Source: a virus
Lineage: Duplodnaviria; Caudoviricetes
Length of the DNA: 64,000 bases
Direction: 5' to 3' (one strand)
IMG/VR virus record: IMGVR_UViG_3300020037_008176
Span: 38,305-102,304 of that record
Part shown: positions 31,320 to 41,865 of the stretch, piece after piece
How the letters are laid out: each line of letters starts with the position of its first letter
Numbering within the stretch: position 1 is the first letter of the stretch
The notes under the pieces: model-generated
Database searches by the model: none
Told to the model about the DNA's origin: nothing
Seen by the model: the letters and a program-made list of their open reading frames with translations, nothing else
Translations under genes and position numbers: made by a program

Positions 31320-31929
31320 TATATACTTTATCCATAAAGGAGACAATATTCCTCTTTATGTAGGTAAAACAAAAACTCCTTTTAGTAAAAGAATATATTC
31401 TCATAAATTAAGATTTGGAGAAGATATATTAATGGAAGAGATAGATAAAATTGAAGAAATTAATTGGAAATTTTGGGAAAAACATTATATAAGTTTATTT
31501 AGATCTTGGGGTTTTAAACTAGATAATAAAAACAATGGTGGTGGTGGATTGAATTTTCATTCTGAAATATCTAAGGATAAAATAAGAAAAAAATGGGATA
31601 ATAAAACCAAAAATGAAAAAAATAATATAAATTATAAAAGGGGAAAAGGAAATAAAGGAAAGAAAAAACCCAAATCAGGGAGGAAACAATATACCAAGGA
31701 ACAACTAGAGTATTCTAAAAAACATAGTCGTTTTAGTCAATCGGATTGGAGTGAAAAATGTAAAAAATCTGTACTTATGTTAGATAAATATAGTGAAAAA
31801 GTAATAAAAGAATTCTCCTCTGTTAGTGAAGCTGCTAATTTTATAAAAGTATCCCAATCAACATTATCGGGATGTTTAACTAAACATCAAAAAACTTCTG
31901 GGGGTTATAAGTGGAAATTTAAAAATTAA
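31213..31929 (+). CDS. Free-standing GIY-YIG homing endonuclease with NUMOD1 (true start probably ATG 31279)
   Basis: SIYFI..PLYVGKT, E..YI, N...GGGG, KTSGGYKWKF. Confidence 0.85.
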   Translation: MKNKKLGQTLPKNIIGKIKNKKMKKHDNAIIERKVSIYFIHKGDNIPLYVGKTKTPFSKRIYSHKLRFGEDILMEEIDKIEEINWKFWEKHYISLFRSWGFKLDNKNNGGGGLNFHSEISKDKIRKKWDNKTKNEKNNINYKRGKGNKGKKKPKSGRKQYTKEQLEYSKKHSRFSQSDWSEKCKKSVLMLDKYSEKVIKEFSSVSEAANFIKVSQSTLSGCLTKHQKTSGGYKWKFKN

Positions 31930-31966
31930 ACTTTGATATTATAAAAAGACTTCTTATATTTAAAAT

Positions 31967-32578
31967 ATGAAAATTAGTTATGCAATCACTTGCTTTAATG
32001 AATTAAATGAAATTCAATATTTACTCCCATTTCTTTTTAAATATAAAAGAGATGAAGATGAAATTGTAGTTTTATTTGATGATAAAGGTCCTAATGAAGT
32101 ATGGAAATACTTAGAATCATTAGGAGATCAAATCAAACTTCATCCTGCCAATTTCACTAATCATTTTGCTGAATGGAAAAATAAATTAATAAATTTATGT
32201 TCAGGTGATTATATATTCCAAATTGATGCAGATGAAATTCCAAATGAATTTTTAATAGAAAATTTACATACAATTTTAGAAACTAACGAATCAGATATAA
32301 TTTTGGTTCCTAGAGTTAACATTGTAAATGGTATTACTCCACAACATCTACAAGCATGGCAGTGGAAACAAAATGAAAAAGGCTGGGTTCAATGGCCTGA
32401 CCATCAATGGAGAATACATAAAAATATTCCTGAAATCAGATGGAAAAATAAATTACATGAAATTTTAGATGGTTATAAAACATACGCTAATCTCCCAGAA
32501 TTGGAAGAATATGCTTTATATCATTTTAAATCAATCGAAAGACAAGAAAAACAAAATAATTATTATAATACGTTATGA
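31967..32578 (+). CDS. Glycosyltransferase family 2
   Basis: ISYAITCFNE, IFQIDADE, WPD..R, LHE. Confidence 0.88.
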   Translation: MKISYAITCFNELNEIQYLLPFLFKYKRDEDEIVVLFDDKGPNEVWKYLESLGDQIKLHPANFTNHFAEWKNKLINLCSGDYIFQIDADEIPNEFLIENLHTILETNESDIILVPRVNIVNGITPQHLQAWQWKQNEKGWVQWPDHQWRIHKNIPEIRWKNKLHEILDGYKTYANLPELEEYALYHFKSIERQEKQNNYYNTL

Positions 32579-33099
32579 CAAAATTACACTTAGGTTGTGG
32601 AACAAAACATCTAGAAGGATACACTAATATAGATATTAGATATCTTCCAGGTGTAGATGAAGTAAATAACATTCGTTTTTTACGAAATTACAAAGAAAAT
32701 TCAGTTGATGAAATTTATGCTTGTCATGTTCTAGAACATTTTGGAAGATGGGAATATAAAGATGTACTTAAACGTTGGTTTGAAATCCTAAAACCAGGAG
32801 GACAATTACGTTTAGCAATCCCCAATTTTAATTCAATATGTGAATATTATCAAAAAACTTCCGATTTAAAACCATTAATTGGATTACTTTATGGAGGACA
32901 AGATTATGATGAAAATTATCATTTTATAACTTTTGATAACAAATCATTAATCCCCGAATTAAAAATAATAGGTTTTACAAAATTTGAATATTGGGATCAA
33001 GAAGAATATACCGTAGATGATTTTAGTAAAGCCTACTTACCACATATGGATAAGGAAAATGGAATATTAATGAGTTTAAATATATTAGCAACAAAATAA
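32575..33099 (+). CDS. Class I SAM-dependent methyltransferase
   Basis: LHLGCG, HVLEH, LKPGG. Confidence 0.9.
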   Translation: MTKLHLGCGTKHLEGYTNIDIRYLPGVDEVNNIRFLRNYKENSVDEIYACHVLEHFGRWEYKDVLKRWFEILKPGGQLRLAIPNFNSICEYYQKTSDLKPLIGLLYGGQDYDENYHFITFDNKSLIPELKIIGFTKFEYWDQEEYTVDDFSKAYLPHMDKENGILMSLNILATK

Positions 33100-33110
33100 A
33101 ACAATGGACA

Positions 33111-33668
33111 ATGGAACATTTTTACAAAACATTGGGAGAAAATTGGTTCACTTACCCAGAACTTTACACATATATGGTAAATAAATTTCCAACTGATTCA
33201 CACTTCGTAGAAGTTGGTACTTGGAAAGGTATGAGTGCAGCTTATATGGCAGTTGAAATCATTAATTCAGGAAAAAATATTAAATTTGATTGTATTGATA
33301 CTTGGGATTATGTAGATTCACAAACAGAAATTAGTAAGGAAATGTGTGAAGGATTATACGAAACATTTCTTAAAAATATAGAACCTGTAAAGGATAAAAT
33401 TACTCCACTCAAAGCCTTATCATGGGATGGAGCAGCATTTTATGAAGATAATTCATTAGATTTTGTGTTTATTGATGCAGCTCATGATTATGAATCAGTA
33501 AAAAAAGATATCAATGCTTGGTTTCCTAAAGTTAAAAAAGGAGGAGTAATAGCAGGTCATGATTATACTTGGTGTGCTGATGTTCAAAAAGCAGTTAATG
33601 AGTTTTTTAAAGATAAAACAATTTATGAAACTGAAGGATGTTGGGCTTATTTTATTGAGGAGGTATAA
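33111..33668 (+). CDS. SAM-dependent methyltransferase (Methyltransf_24-like)
   Basis: VEVGTWKGMS, FIDAAHDY, GG.IAGHDY. Confidence 0.9.
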   Translation: MEHFYKTLGENWFTYPELYTYMVNKFPTDSHFVEVGTWKGMSAAYMAVEIINSGKNIKFDCIDTWDYVDSQTEISKEMCEGLYETFLKNIEPVKDKITPLKALSWDGAAFYEDNSLDFVFIDAAHDYESVKKDINAWFPKVKKGGVIAGHDYTWCADVQKAVNEFFKDKTIYETEGCWAYFIEEV

Positions 33669-34480
33669 TGAAAATATTTACTAAATTTTTTAACCCGAAA
33701 ACATTTGAAGAAAAATTATCACATTTAAAACATGTAGATTTTTCTTTATTTATCGACCAACCACCTTCTTCCCAAGAAGATTTATCTTCAATTAACATAA
33801 TGGTTCTAGCTGAACCAAATGAATATTTTGGTTTACATGATTGGACTATAAAGAATAAAGATTTATTTCAAGTTATATTAACTTGGGATGATAAAATATT
33901 AAATACTTACGATCATTCTACATTTTTCCCATTTGGTCAAACCTGGTTTAAACCAGAACAATATGAAAAAGAACATAATAAAAAATTTGAACTATCTCAT
34001 TTATGTGGTGTTTTAAATAAAAGTTATGGTCATTCAATGCGTCATGAAATTTTATCAAGAAAAGATGAATTCAAATGTCCTACCAATTTTCATTACACAA
34101 TAGGAGATAGACACAATGAAGATGATGCTCGTATTGGTAAAGAAATAGTATTTGGTAATTCAATGTTTGGAATAGTTATTGAAAATTTTTCCCATAGAGG
34201 ATATTTTAGTGAAAAATTAATAGATTGTTTCCTAATGAAAACAATCCCAGTATATTGGGGATGTTCAAATATTGATGATTATTTTAATTATAGAGGTATA
34301 CTTAAATTTAGTAATATAGATGATTTAATTCACCTTTCAAATTGCTGTATTATTAAAACAGAATATGATATATTACATAATGTTATAGAAGAAAATTATC
34401 AAACAGCACTTCAATATGTTAGTTATGAACAAAGTATTATAAATAAATTAGAAGAAATATTTAAATTAAATGGGTTATGA
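33668..34480 (+). CDS. Glycosyltransferase family 10 (fucosyltransferase-like)
   Basis: IVIEN....YFSEKLIDCF...TIPVYWG. Confidence 0.8.
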   Translation: MKIFTKFFNPKTFEEKLSHLKHVDFSLFIDQPPSSQEDLSSINIMVLAEPNEYFGLHDWTIKNKDLFQVILTWDDKILNTYDHSTFFPFGQTWFKPEQYEKEHNKKFELSHLCGVLNKSYGHSMRHEILSRKDEFKCPTNFHYTIGDRHNEDDARIGKEIVFGNSMFGIVIENFSHRGYFSEKLIDCFLMKTIPVYWGCSNIDDYFNYRGILKFSNIDDLIHLSNCCIIKTEYDILHNVIEENYQTALQYVSYEQSIINKLEEIFKLNGL

Positions 34481-35355
34481 TTCAAATAGTTATACATGTT
34501 TTGCCTCATGAAATAGATCAATTAGAACAAACTCTAATTAGATTAAAATACAATTCTACTCAATTGGGAGAAGAAGATAAAATATTAGTTGATGTTTTAT
34601 TAAATCTCAACTTAGTAGAATGGGAAAAATCTCAAATTCCTAAATCTTTCTTTATAAATAAATTCAATCAATTAGAACAATTAACTAAAACATGGGCTGA
34701 AACTAAATTTGAAGTTAATGAAGATGGAAATATTCAAGGTTGTGTTTCTCACAGAAGAAAAGCATTAAAAGATACAAAAGCAGATGCATTACTGTTTTTA
34801 GACACAGATATATTTTTTGAATCTGATTTAATATCGTATTTAGTATCTGCTAGTAAAATTTTAAAAGAAACTCAAGAATATTATATTGTAACTCCTCAAA
34901 TTACTCCAATGTGGGATAATAGTTGGGATGTTTTAGTTAATGATAATTTCAAAGATGATGGAATCCATTTCCAAAAAAGAGATCCTTATATAAGAGTTTT
35001 AAAATCATTTCCAAATGTTTCTATTAGTCAAATAAGTGAATTTAAATTTGGAGGTGGATGGGCTACATTAATTAGTACCCCTTTACTTAGAAAAATAGGT
35101 ATTCCTGAATCATTAGGTCATTACGGATTAGAAGATACATTTATAATGTATTGTTCAATTTTAATGAAACAATATGGTATTAGAGTAGATCAATTTATTT
35201 TAAATGATGTTGTTATAATCGAAGATCATTTATTCAGATTTAATCCTTACAAAGAATACTTATCAGTTATTAATAAACAGGAAGAGTTTAAAAAAATAGC
35301 CAATGAAAATTTTTCAGAAGAAATAATTAAATTTGGGAAGACATTAAAAAATTAA
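34477..35355 (+). CDS. GT-A fold glycosyltransferase
   Basis: LFLDTDIFF DxD motif, GGG, YGLED. Confidence 0.7.
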   Translation: MIQIVIHVLPHEIDQLEQTLIRLKYNSTQLGEEDKILVDVLLNLNLVEWEKSQIPKSFFINKFNQLEQLTKTWAETKFEVNEDGNIQGCVSHRRKALKDTKADALLFLDTDIFFESDLISYLVSASKILKETQEYYIVTPQITPMWDNSWDVLVNDNFKDDGIHFQKRDPYIRVLKSFPNVSISQISEFKFGGGWATLISTPLLRKIGIPESLGHYGLEDTFIMYCSILMKQYGIRVDQFILNDVVIIEDHLFRFNPYKEYLSVINKQEEFKKIANENFSEEIIKFGKTLKN

Positions 35356-35369
35356 TATATTTACTTTAA

Positions 35370-35993
35370 ATGAATAAGTTAGAAAAAATTGTAAATTTTC
35401 TTTATGAATATCCTAGTGATATAAATGAACATATACCAACTCTAATAAAGTATGGTTCCGAATGTGAAACTATTACTGAAATGGGAGTTAGATGGATTAC
35501 CTCAACATGGGCATTTTTAGGATGTGCTCCAAAACAACTCACATCTTATGATATGAGAGATCCTTCAACTTGGGATGTGGGAGGAAATGGAGAAAACCAA
35601 AATATAATTAAAAGAGGTTATAATAATTTAAAAGAGGTTTATGATGTTGCTGAAGAATTTAATTTAAATTTTAAATTTATTCAAGCAAATGTACTAGAAG
35701 TTGATATTGAACCAACAGATTTATTATTTTTAGATACTTGGCATTCTTATAAACAACTTAAAGCTGAATTAGCAATTCATGCTTCAAAAGTAAATAAATA
35801 CATTATATTTCACGATACAACAACATATGCTACCACAGATGAGACTAATTATGAAGAATTAGGAGAAGAATGGAAAGCAGAAGGAATTGGTATTTGGAAA
35901 GCAATTGAAGAATTTCTTAAAGCTAATCCACAATGGGTTTTAGTTGAAAGATTTACTAATAATAATGGATTAACAATAATTAAAAAAATCTAA
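35370..35993 (+). CDS. SAM-dependent methyltransferase
   Basis: EMGVR..ST, LFLDTWHSY, IIFHDT, NNNGL. Confidence 0.8.
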   Translation: MNKLEKIVNFLYEYPSDINEHIPTLIKYGSECETITEMGVRWITSTWAFLGCAPKQLTSYDMRDPSTWDVGGNGENQNIIKRGYNNLKEVYDVAEEFNLNFKFIQANVLEVDIEPTDLLFLDTWHSYKQLKAELAIHASKVNKYIIFHDTTTYATTDETNYEELGEEWKAEGIGIWKAIEEFLKANPQWVLVERFTNNNGLTIIKKI

Positions 35994-36119
35994 TTGTGAA
36001 TAAAATATTGGAATTATTGTGGAATGAATTTGCTTTAAAACAAGTAATAAATTTCTTTGAAGATGATTCTCACAATATTATTTCTAAAAAAGGTTGGATT
36101 AAATTAAATAATCACGAAT

Positions 36120-36368
36120 ATGAAAAATAAAGGTAGAATTGGAAATCAAGGTGGTTATATTAATAGAACATGTTTTAGATTAGGAGATAGACTAGGTGAT
36201 GAAGGAATAACATTCTCAGAAAAAGATATTAATGATGAAATTGAAATTAATATAGATCAAATAATATCTACTGAAAATAGTTTTGGTCATGTTAAACTTA
36301 GAACTTTCATGAATCAAACAGATTTAAAATTATTTATTGAGTTTTTAAATCAACAATTAATTAAATAA
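36120..36368 (+). CDS. Hypothetical protein
   Basis: 82-aa ORF. Confidence 0.65.
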   Translation: MKNKGRIGNQGGYINRTCFRLGDRLGDEGITFSEKDINDEIEINIDQIISTENSFGHVKLRTFMNQTDLKLFIEFLNQQLIK

Positions 36369-36392
36369 AACTATACGAAATTTTTAAATAAT

Positions 36393-37169
36393 ATGGCAAA
36401 AGGAGTTTACGCAATAACAGAAGAATTTGAAGAAGCATTAAGTGAATACACAGGTGCTCCTTATGTGGTTACAATAGATAATGCTTGTAATGCATTATTT
36501 TTATGTTTATATTATGAAAAAAATATAGTAAAAACAATTACTACAGACACAATAAAAATTCCAGCTCGAACATATCCTGGTGTTCCACCAGAAATTATTC
36601 GCAATGGGTTTAAAATTGATTTTCATCCACCAACAGAAAAAACATTAAAAGGTCCATATCTATTAGAAGGATCTAATGTTTGGGATTCAGCTTTAAGATT
36701 TACTCATAATATGTACATTCCAGGAAGTTTTATGTGTATATCAATGACTGGAGGATTAAAAAATTTCAAAATGGGTTCTAAAGCAGGAGCTATTCTAACA
36801 GATAATGCAGAAGCTGCTGCTTGGTTTAAACGTGCTAGATTTTCAGGACGTAGAGAAATACCTTATATGGAAGATAATTTGGATATGCTTGGATGGAATT
36901 TTTACCTAAATCCTGAATTATCAGTTAGAGGTTTAATATTAATGACTGGATTTTATAAAGATGGAAAACCAATTAACGTTCCTGATAAAGAATTACCATA
37001 TCCTGACTTGTCAAAGTTTGAAGTTTACAAACAACCTAAAAATGTATTTAATAGAGAAGAAGTTGAAAAATTAGTTAAAAAAGCTATTACCTTTGGACAT
37101 GATGAAAGTACAAATGATATATATTTGTCTAGAGTTAATTTTGATAAATGGATAGGGGAGAATTTATAA
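36393..37169 (+). CDS. Short DegT/DnrJ/EryC1/StrS-family sugar aminotransferase
   Basis: FEEAL..YTGA.Y, NALFL, IPA.TY, WDSA, K...G..GAILTD, GWN. Confidence 0.85.
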   Translation: MAKGVYAITEEFEEALSEYTGAPYVVTIDNACNALFLCLYYEKNIVKTITTDTIKIPARTYPGVPPEIIRNGFKIDFHPPTEKTLKGPYLLEGSNVWDSALRFTHNMYIPGSFMCISMTGGLKNFKMGSKAGAILTDNAEAAAWFKRARFSGRREIPYMEDNLDMLGWNFYLNPELSVRGLILMTGFYKDGKPINVPDKELPYPDLSKFEVYKQPKNVFNREEVEKLVKKAITFGHDESTNDIYLSRVNFDKWIGENL

Positions 37170-37225
37170 TTCCTATATAGGGAAAATGATATCATAATAT
37201 GTATTATCGAATATAAATTGATAAG

Positions 37226-37933
37226 ATGATACAAACTACAAAAATTTACTTAGTAACTAATATAGATAATAACCCAAATAAGGTCTATATAGGTAAAACC
37301 AAATCTTCAAGAAAATCTGCTCATAGATGTACATTTGGTTCTCAAATCACTTATAATTATATAGATCAAATAGATTCTTTAGATCAAAAAATTTGGAAAC
37401 CTTTAGAATCATTTTGGATTGAACAATTTAGAGTATGGGGTTTTGAAGTGGTAAATTTAAATAATGGAGGAAGTGGACCTAGTTTTCATTCTAAAGAAAC
37501 TAAATCCACCATGAGTAAAATTCGAAAAGGAAAACCTAAACCTAAAGGATTTGGAGAAAGAAATTCACAAGATAAAACTAGAAATATTAAAATAGGTAAT
37601 TCTATGAGAGGAAGAATTCAAAGTGAAGAAGAAAAACAAAATCGAAGGATACCAAAACCTAAAGAATTTGGGGATAAAATTAGTAAGGCTTTAACTGGAA
37701 AATCCAAATCTAAAGAACATATTAATAATATGATGAAAAATAGATTAGGTGTTATAGAAGCCACAATTAAAGCACTTAGTAAACCTATTATTCAAAAAGA
37801 TCTAGAAGGTAATTTTATTAAAGAATGGCCTTCTACTAAATCAGCAAAAGAATGGTTAGGTAAAGGAGACATAACAGGATGTCTTTTAGGAAAACAAAAA
37901 ACAGCTGGTGGTTTTATTTGGGAATTTAAATAA
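37226..37933 (+). CDS. Free-standing GIY-YIG homing endonuclease with NUMOD3/NUMOD1
   Basis: KIYLVTN..KVYIGKT, N.NNGG, KTAGGFIWEF. Confidence 0.87.
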   Translation: MIQTTKIYLVTNIDNNPNKVYIGKTKSSRKSAHRCTFGSQITYNYIDQIDSLDQKIWKPLESFWIEQFRVWGFEVVNLNNGGSGPSFHSKETKSTMSKIRKGKPKPKGFGERNSQDKTRNIKIGNSMRGRIQSEEEKQNRRIPKPKEFGDKISKALTGKSKSKEHINNMMKNRLGVIEATIKALSKPIIQKDLEGNFIKEWPSTKSAKEWLGKGDITGCLLGKQKTAGGFIWEFK

Positions 37934-37959
37934 AGGTTAGTATATTAAAAATAAAATTT

Positions 37960-38658
37960 ATGAAAACAATAGGAATTATGCAGGGATATTTCTTCCCTTA
38001 TATAGGTTATTTCCAACTTATAGATGCGGTTGATATTTATGTAAATCTTGATCATGTTTCATTTATGAAAGGAAGTTATATGACTAGAAATACATTAAAA
38101 AATAATGTAGGAATAAATATTCCTTGTAAAGGAGGATCTCAAAATAAAACTTGTGATGCTGTAGAAGTTATTTTAGACCGAAAATGGTTTTCTAATTTTA
38201 ATAAAACTTTAGAATATCTTTATAAAAAAGAAACTAATTTTACTGAAATAATGGAAGTAATTCTAATCCCTTGGTATGATTGTTTAAATCAATATTTTAT
38301 TTATGATAATTATCCTTGTACTATTTCTAATTTCAATAGAATAATTATCCAACAAATTTGTGAATATTTAGATATAAAAACAAAACTTATTGATACTTCA
38401 TTTGGAATTACAGGTAAAAAGAAAAATGAAGGTTTACAAGATATTGTAAAATATTATGGGGGAACTCATTATATAAATGCTATTGGAGGACAAAAACTTT
38501 ATACTAAAGAAGACTTTGCTTCCCAAAATATAGATCTTACATTTATAAAAATGGGAGATGTGGAGTTTGATAACCCATATTCTTCAATACTTGATCTATT
38601 ATTTAGGTATCCAAAAGAACATATACAAGAACAATTAAAAAAATATACACTTATATAA
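37960..38658 (+). CDS. wbqC: WbqC-family protein
   Basis: IMQ.YFFPYIGYFQLI..VD, RN, YINAIGG..LY, SILDLLF. Confidence 0.9.
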   Translation: MKTIGIMQGYFFPYIGYFQLIDAVDIYVNLDHVSFMKGSYMTRNTLKNNVGINIPCKGGSQNKTCDAVEVILDRKWFSNFNKTLEYLYKKETNFTEIMEVILIPWYDCLNQYFIYDNYPCTISNFNRIIIQQICEYLDIKTKLIDTSFGITGKKKNEGLQDIVKYYGGTHYINAIGGQKLYTKEDFASQNIDLTFIKMGDVEFDNPYSSILDLLFRYPKEHIQEQLKKYTLI

Positions 38659-38660
38659 AA

Positions 38661-38891
38661 ATGTTAGAAGAAATAAATTGCAAAGTAATAAGTTACTGTG
38701 ATATTCCGGAAGAAATAAGAGAAGATAATTTATCCTTAAATGAAGTATCACCAGATGTTTATGTTAAATATAATATAACATCTAAAATAGAACAGAAAAA
38801 ATTCGATGATAATTTTGAATTAGATAATTGGATTATTTCCCAACATCCTGAATTAGAAGGAAAAGATATATTAATTCATATAGATTACTAA
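38661..38891 (+). CDS. Hypothetical protein
   Basis: 76-aa ORF. Confidence 0.65.
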   Translation: MLEEINCKVISYCDIPEEIREDNLSLNEVSPDVYVKYNITSKIEQKKFDDNFELDNWIISQHPELEGKDILIHIDY

Positions 38892-39691
38892 TGGATAACT
38901 CATACAAAAAAATTCAAGAAATAAAAGAAAAAGGTTATACAATACTTCCTCAAGTATTAGAACCTAATCAAGTAGAATTTTTGCTTTTTCATACTAAAAA
39001 ATTATATGAAGAAACCAAAGATAAAATTTCACAAGATGCTCCTTATTTAAATAAAACCTCTCCAAATATATATAATCTACAAAATCATATAGGAGGTATG
39101 TTATATTTAGAATTTCTTTTAAGATATGAACCTAAAATAGAAGAAATATTAAAATATTTTTTAAATGATAAATTTTACAAAAAAATTCCCCAACATTCCC
39201 CAAATTATATTTTAAGACATTATGGGGCAAGATCAAGCACAGATGCTTTACCATTACATATAGATTCATTTATTCCTTATACTGGAGATGAACCTATAGC
39301 AATGCAAGTAGCTATTATGTTGGAAGATAGTAATATTGAAACAGGTTGCACCACTATGATTCCAGGAAGTCATCAAAGTGGAAAATATGCTGATCAAAAA
39401 GATATTGATAAAACTATTCCAATTGAAACAAAAGCAGGAGATTATATAATATGGGATAGTAGAGTAATACATGGTACTACTGAAAATAAATCTGGTGGGA
39501 CTAGATGGGCTTTGGTAAGTACATTTACTCGTTGGTGGATTAAACAAATGTTTGATATTCCTAAGGGATTGAATGATGAAATTTATAATAAATTATCCCA
39601 AAAAGAAAAATATATTTTAGGATTTGGAACCATACCATATGAAAATGAATATAAAGGAATTGATTTAAAAAAAGGATACGAAAACATATGA
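38891..39691 (+). CDS. PhyH-family 2OG-Fe(II) dioxygenase
   Basis: LHID, G.T.MIPGSH, WDSR.IHG, R. Confidence 0.9.
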   Translation: MDNSYKKIQEIKEKGYTILPQVLEPNQVEFLLFHTKKLYEETKDKISQDAPYLNKTSPNIYNLQNHIGGMLYLEFLLRYEPKIEEILKYFLNDKFYKKIPQHSPNYILRHYGARSSTDALPLHIDSFIPYTGDEPIAMQVAIMLEDSNIETGCTTMIPGSHQSGKYADQKDIDKTIPIETKAGDYIIWDSRVIHGTTENKSGGTRWALVSTFTRWWIKQMFDIPKGLNDEIYNKLSQKEKYILGFGTIPYENEYKGIDLKKGYENI

Positions 39692-40317
39692 AAAAAGTAA
39701 TTATATTTGGAAATTTAGACACAGCTCAATTAGCTTATTATTATTTAACAACAGATTATAATTATAATTATGAAATAATTGGGTTTACTTTAAATAGAGA
39801 ATTTATTAAAGAAACCTATTTTGAAGGATTACCTGTAATCCCTTTTGAAGATATAGAAAAAACCTACCCTCCAAAAGATTATCTATTATTTGCTCCTATT
39901 GCTAAAAATAATTTAAGAGAAAAAATTTATAATGAAGGTAAAGAAAAAGGTTATAATTTTATTACTTATATTTCTTCAAAATGTACCAATTTTTCCGAAT
40001 ATATAGGTGAAAATTGTTTTATTTTAGAAGATAATACATTACAACCTTTTACAAAAATAGGAAATAATGTCATTCTTTGGTCTGGTAATCATATTGGACA
40101 TCATGGTATTATAAAAGATCATGTTTTTTTTACAAGTCATATAGTAATGTCAGGACATTGTTTAATTAATGAAGGAGCTTGGATCGGAGTTAATACTACT
40201 ATAAGAGATTTTATAACAATAGGAAAAAACAGTATAATAGGGATGGGAAGTCTTATTACTAAAAATATCCCTGATAATGAAACTTGGTATGGTTCACCAG
40301 CAAAAAAAATAAAATAA
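39688..40317 (+). CDS. Sugar acetyltransferase (NeuD/PglD-like hexapeptide repeat)
   Basis: IGENCFI, IGNN, IGHH, WYGSPAK. Confidence 0.9.
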   Translation: MKKVIIFGNLDTAQLAYYYLTTDYNYNYEIIGFTLNREFIKETYFEGLPVIPFEDIEKTYPPKDYLLFAPIAKNNLREKIYNEGKEKGYNFITYISSKCTNFSEYIGENCFILEDNTLQPFTKIGNNVILWSGNHIGHHGIIKDHVFFTSHIVMSGHCLINEGAWIGVNTTIRDFITIGKNSIIGMGSLITKNIPDNETWYGSPAKKIK

Positions 40318-40327
40318 AAATATAATT

Positions 40328-40984
40328 ATGATAGAATTAAAACACCGCCCCGAAACTTTAAAACAAAAAGATGATTTAGTAAAAGAATATGTTGAATCTC
40401 TACCTAGTGGAAGTAATTTTTATGACTTAGGAGCATGCGTAGGAACATATTCAATATTAGCTTATTCTAGAGGATTAAATGCTTATGCTTTTGAAGTAGA
40501 TAAAGTAAACTACCATGCTGCTTCAGAAAATTTCTTTTTTAATTTTGGATATGATGAAAGATTTAAAATTTTTAATACTGGAGTTGCTGATAGGGAAAGA
40601 GAAATTGAATTAAGAATAGGACAACCTGAAATAGGAGGTCATCACAAAACTTTAAACCTAGAAGATTTTTGTGGACATCCCGCAACAAAACAACATCACA
40701 TAATTACAACAGTAATAGTAGATAGTTTAGATAATTTGATTAAAAAACATAATCTCCCATATCCAGATTATATTAAAATAGATATTGATGGTAGTGAATA
40801 TGCTTTTTTAGAAGGAGCAAAAGAATCACTTAAACATACTAAATCTATTATAATTGAATTATATGAAGAAAGTGAATATTTTCAAAAGATTTTGGATATC
40901 TTAGAAAAAAATTATATATTTAAATTAATTAAAAAAGGTAATTATCTTGAACCAGGTTTAAGAGATTATTGGTTTGAAAAATAA
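40328..40984 (+). CDS. FkbM-family methyltransferase
   Basis: FYDLGACVG.YS, AFE, IKIDIDGSE. Confidence 0.88.
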   Translation: MIELKHRPETLKQKDDLVKEYVESLPSGSNFYDLGACVGTYSILAYSRGLNAYAFEVDKVNYHAASENFFFNFGYDERFKIFNTGVADREREIELRIGQPEIGGHHKTLNLEDFCGHPATKQHHIITTVIVDSLDNLIKKHNLPYPDYIKIDIDGSEYAFLEGAKESLKHTKSIIIELYEESEYFQKILDILEKNYIFKLIKKGNYLEPGLRDYWFEK

Positions 40985-41864
40985 ACTTATGACTTGGATT
41001 AAAAAAGGAATATTATTTAATAAAGAATGGGCACAACTTCCTGTTGTAGATACAAATCCATTAGATCATCATACTTATAGAATTTATTATTCTACCAGAG
41101 ACAAATTAGGAAGAAGTAAACCTAAATTTATTGATATTCAAAAAAACGGATTTAGAGAATTTATAACTGATCCAAAAGAAATCATACTTCCTTTAGGCAA
41201 ACCAGGTTCTTTTGATCATTATGGAATAATGCCAACAAAAATAATTACTTTAGAAGATGGAATTAAATACTTTTACTACATAGGTTGGTCCAGAAGACAT
41301 GATGTTCCATATCATAATTCATTAGGTTTAGCCATTAGTAGAGACAATGGTTTAACTTGGAAAAAATATTCAGAAGGACCTATATTTACAAGTTCTATAT
41401 TAGAACCAGGCTATATTGGAACAGCATGTGTTATAAAAGAAAATCAACTTTGGATTATGTATTATTTATCATGTAGAGAATGGATAGAAGATAATGGAAA
41501 AATGGAACCAATTTATGATATTAAACAAGCAATTTCTAATGATGGAATTGATTGGAAACCATTAAATAAAACAGTTATTGGACTTAAGGAAAATGAAGGA
41601 GGTGTAGTGGCTGTTAATAAGATTATAAATAAATTTTATTATTCTAAACGTAATAAAACAGATTATAGAACAAACCCCAAAAACTCATATAAAATTTATT
41701 CTTGTGATTTAGATGGTAAAAGTGAACACCTAGAATTATCTCCTTCAGGAGATGAAATAATGTGTGCTTATCCTTATGTAATTGAAGAAGCTGATAAATA
41801 CATTATGTTTTACAATAGTGATTTTGGCAAATCAGGAATTAGTTATGCAATTGAAATGAAATAA
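40974..41864 (+). CDS. Five-bladed beta-propeller glycoside hydrolase-like protein (start probably 40989)
   Basis: G..GSFD..G, YYIGW, GLAISRDNG.TW.K, S.DGIDW, AYP.V, MFYN..FG..G. Confidence 0.75.
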   Translation: MKNKLMTWIKKGILFNKEWAQLPVVDTNPLDHHTYRIYYSTRDKLGRSKPKFIDIQKNGFREFITDPKEIILPLGKPGSFDHYGIMPTKIITLEDGIKYFYYIGWSRRHDVPYHNSLGLAISRDNGLTWKKYSEGPIFTSSILEPGYIGTACVIKENQLWIMYYLSCREWIEDNGKMEPIYDIKQAISNDGIDWKPLNKTVIGLKENEGGVVAVNKIINKFYYSKRNKTDYRTNPKNSYKIYSCDLDGKSEHLELSPSGDEIMCAYPYVIEEADKYIMFYNSDFGKSGISYAIEMK

Positions 41865-41865
41865 A

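Noticed and set aside
35996-36131. Possible GTG-start 44-aa ORF filling a gap
   Set aside because: No ATG, motif or paralog; too weak to call.
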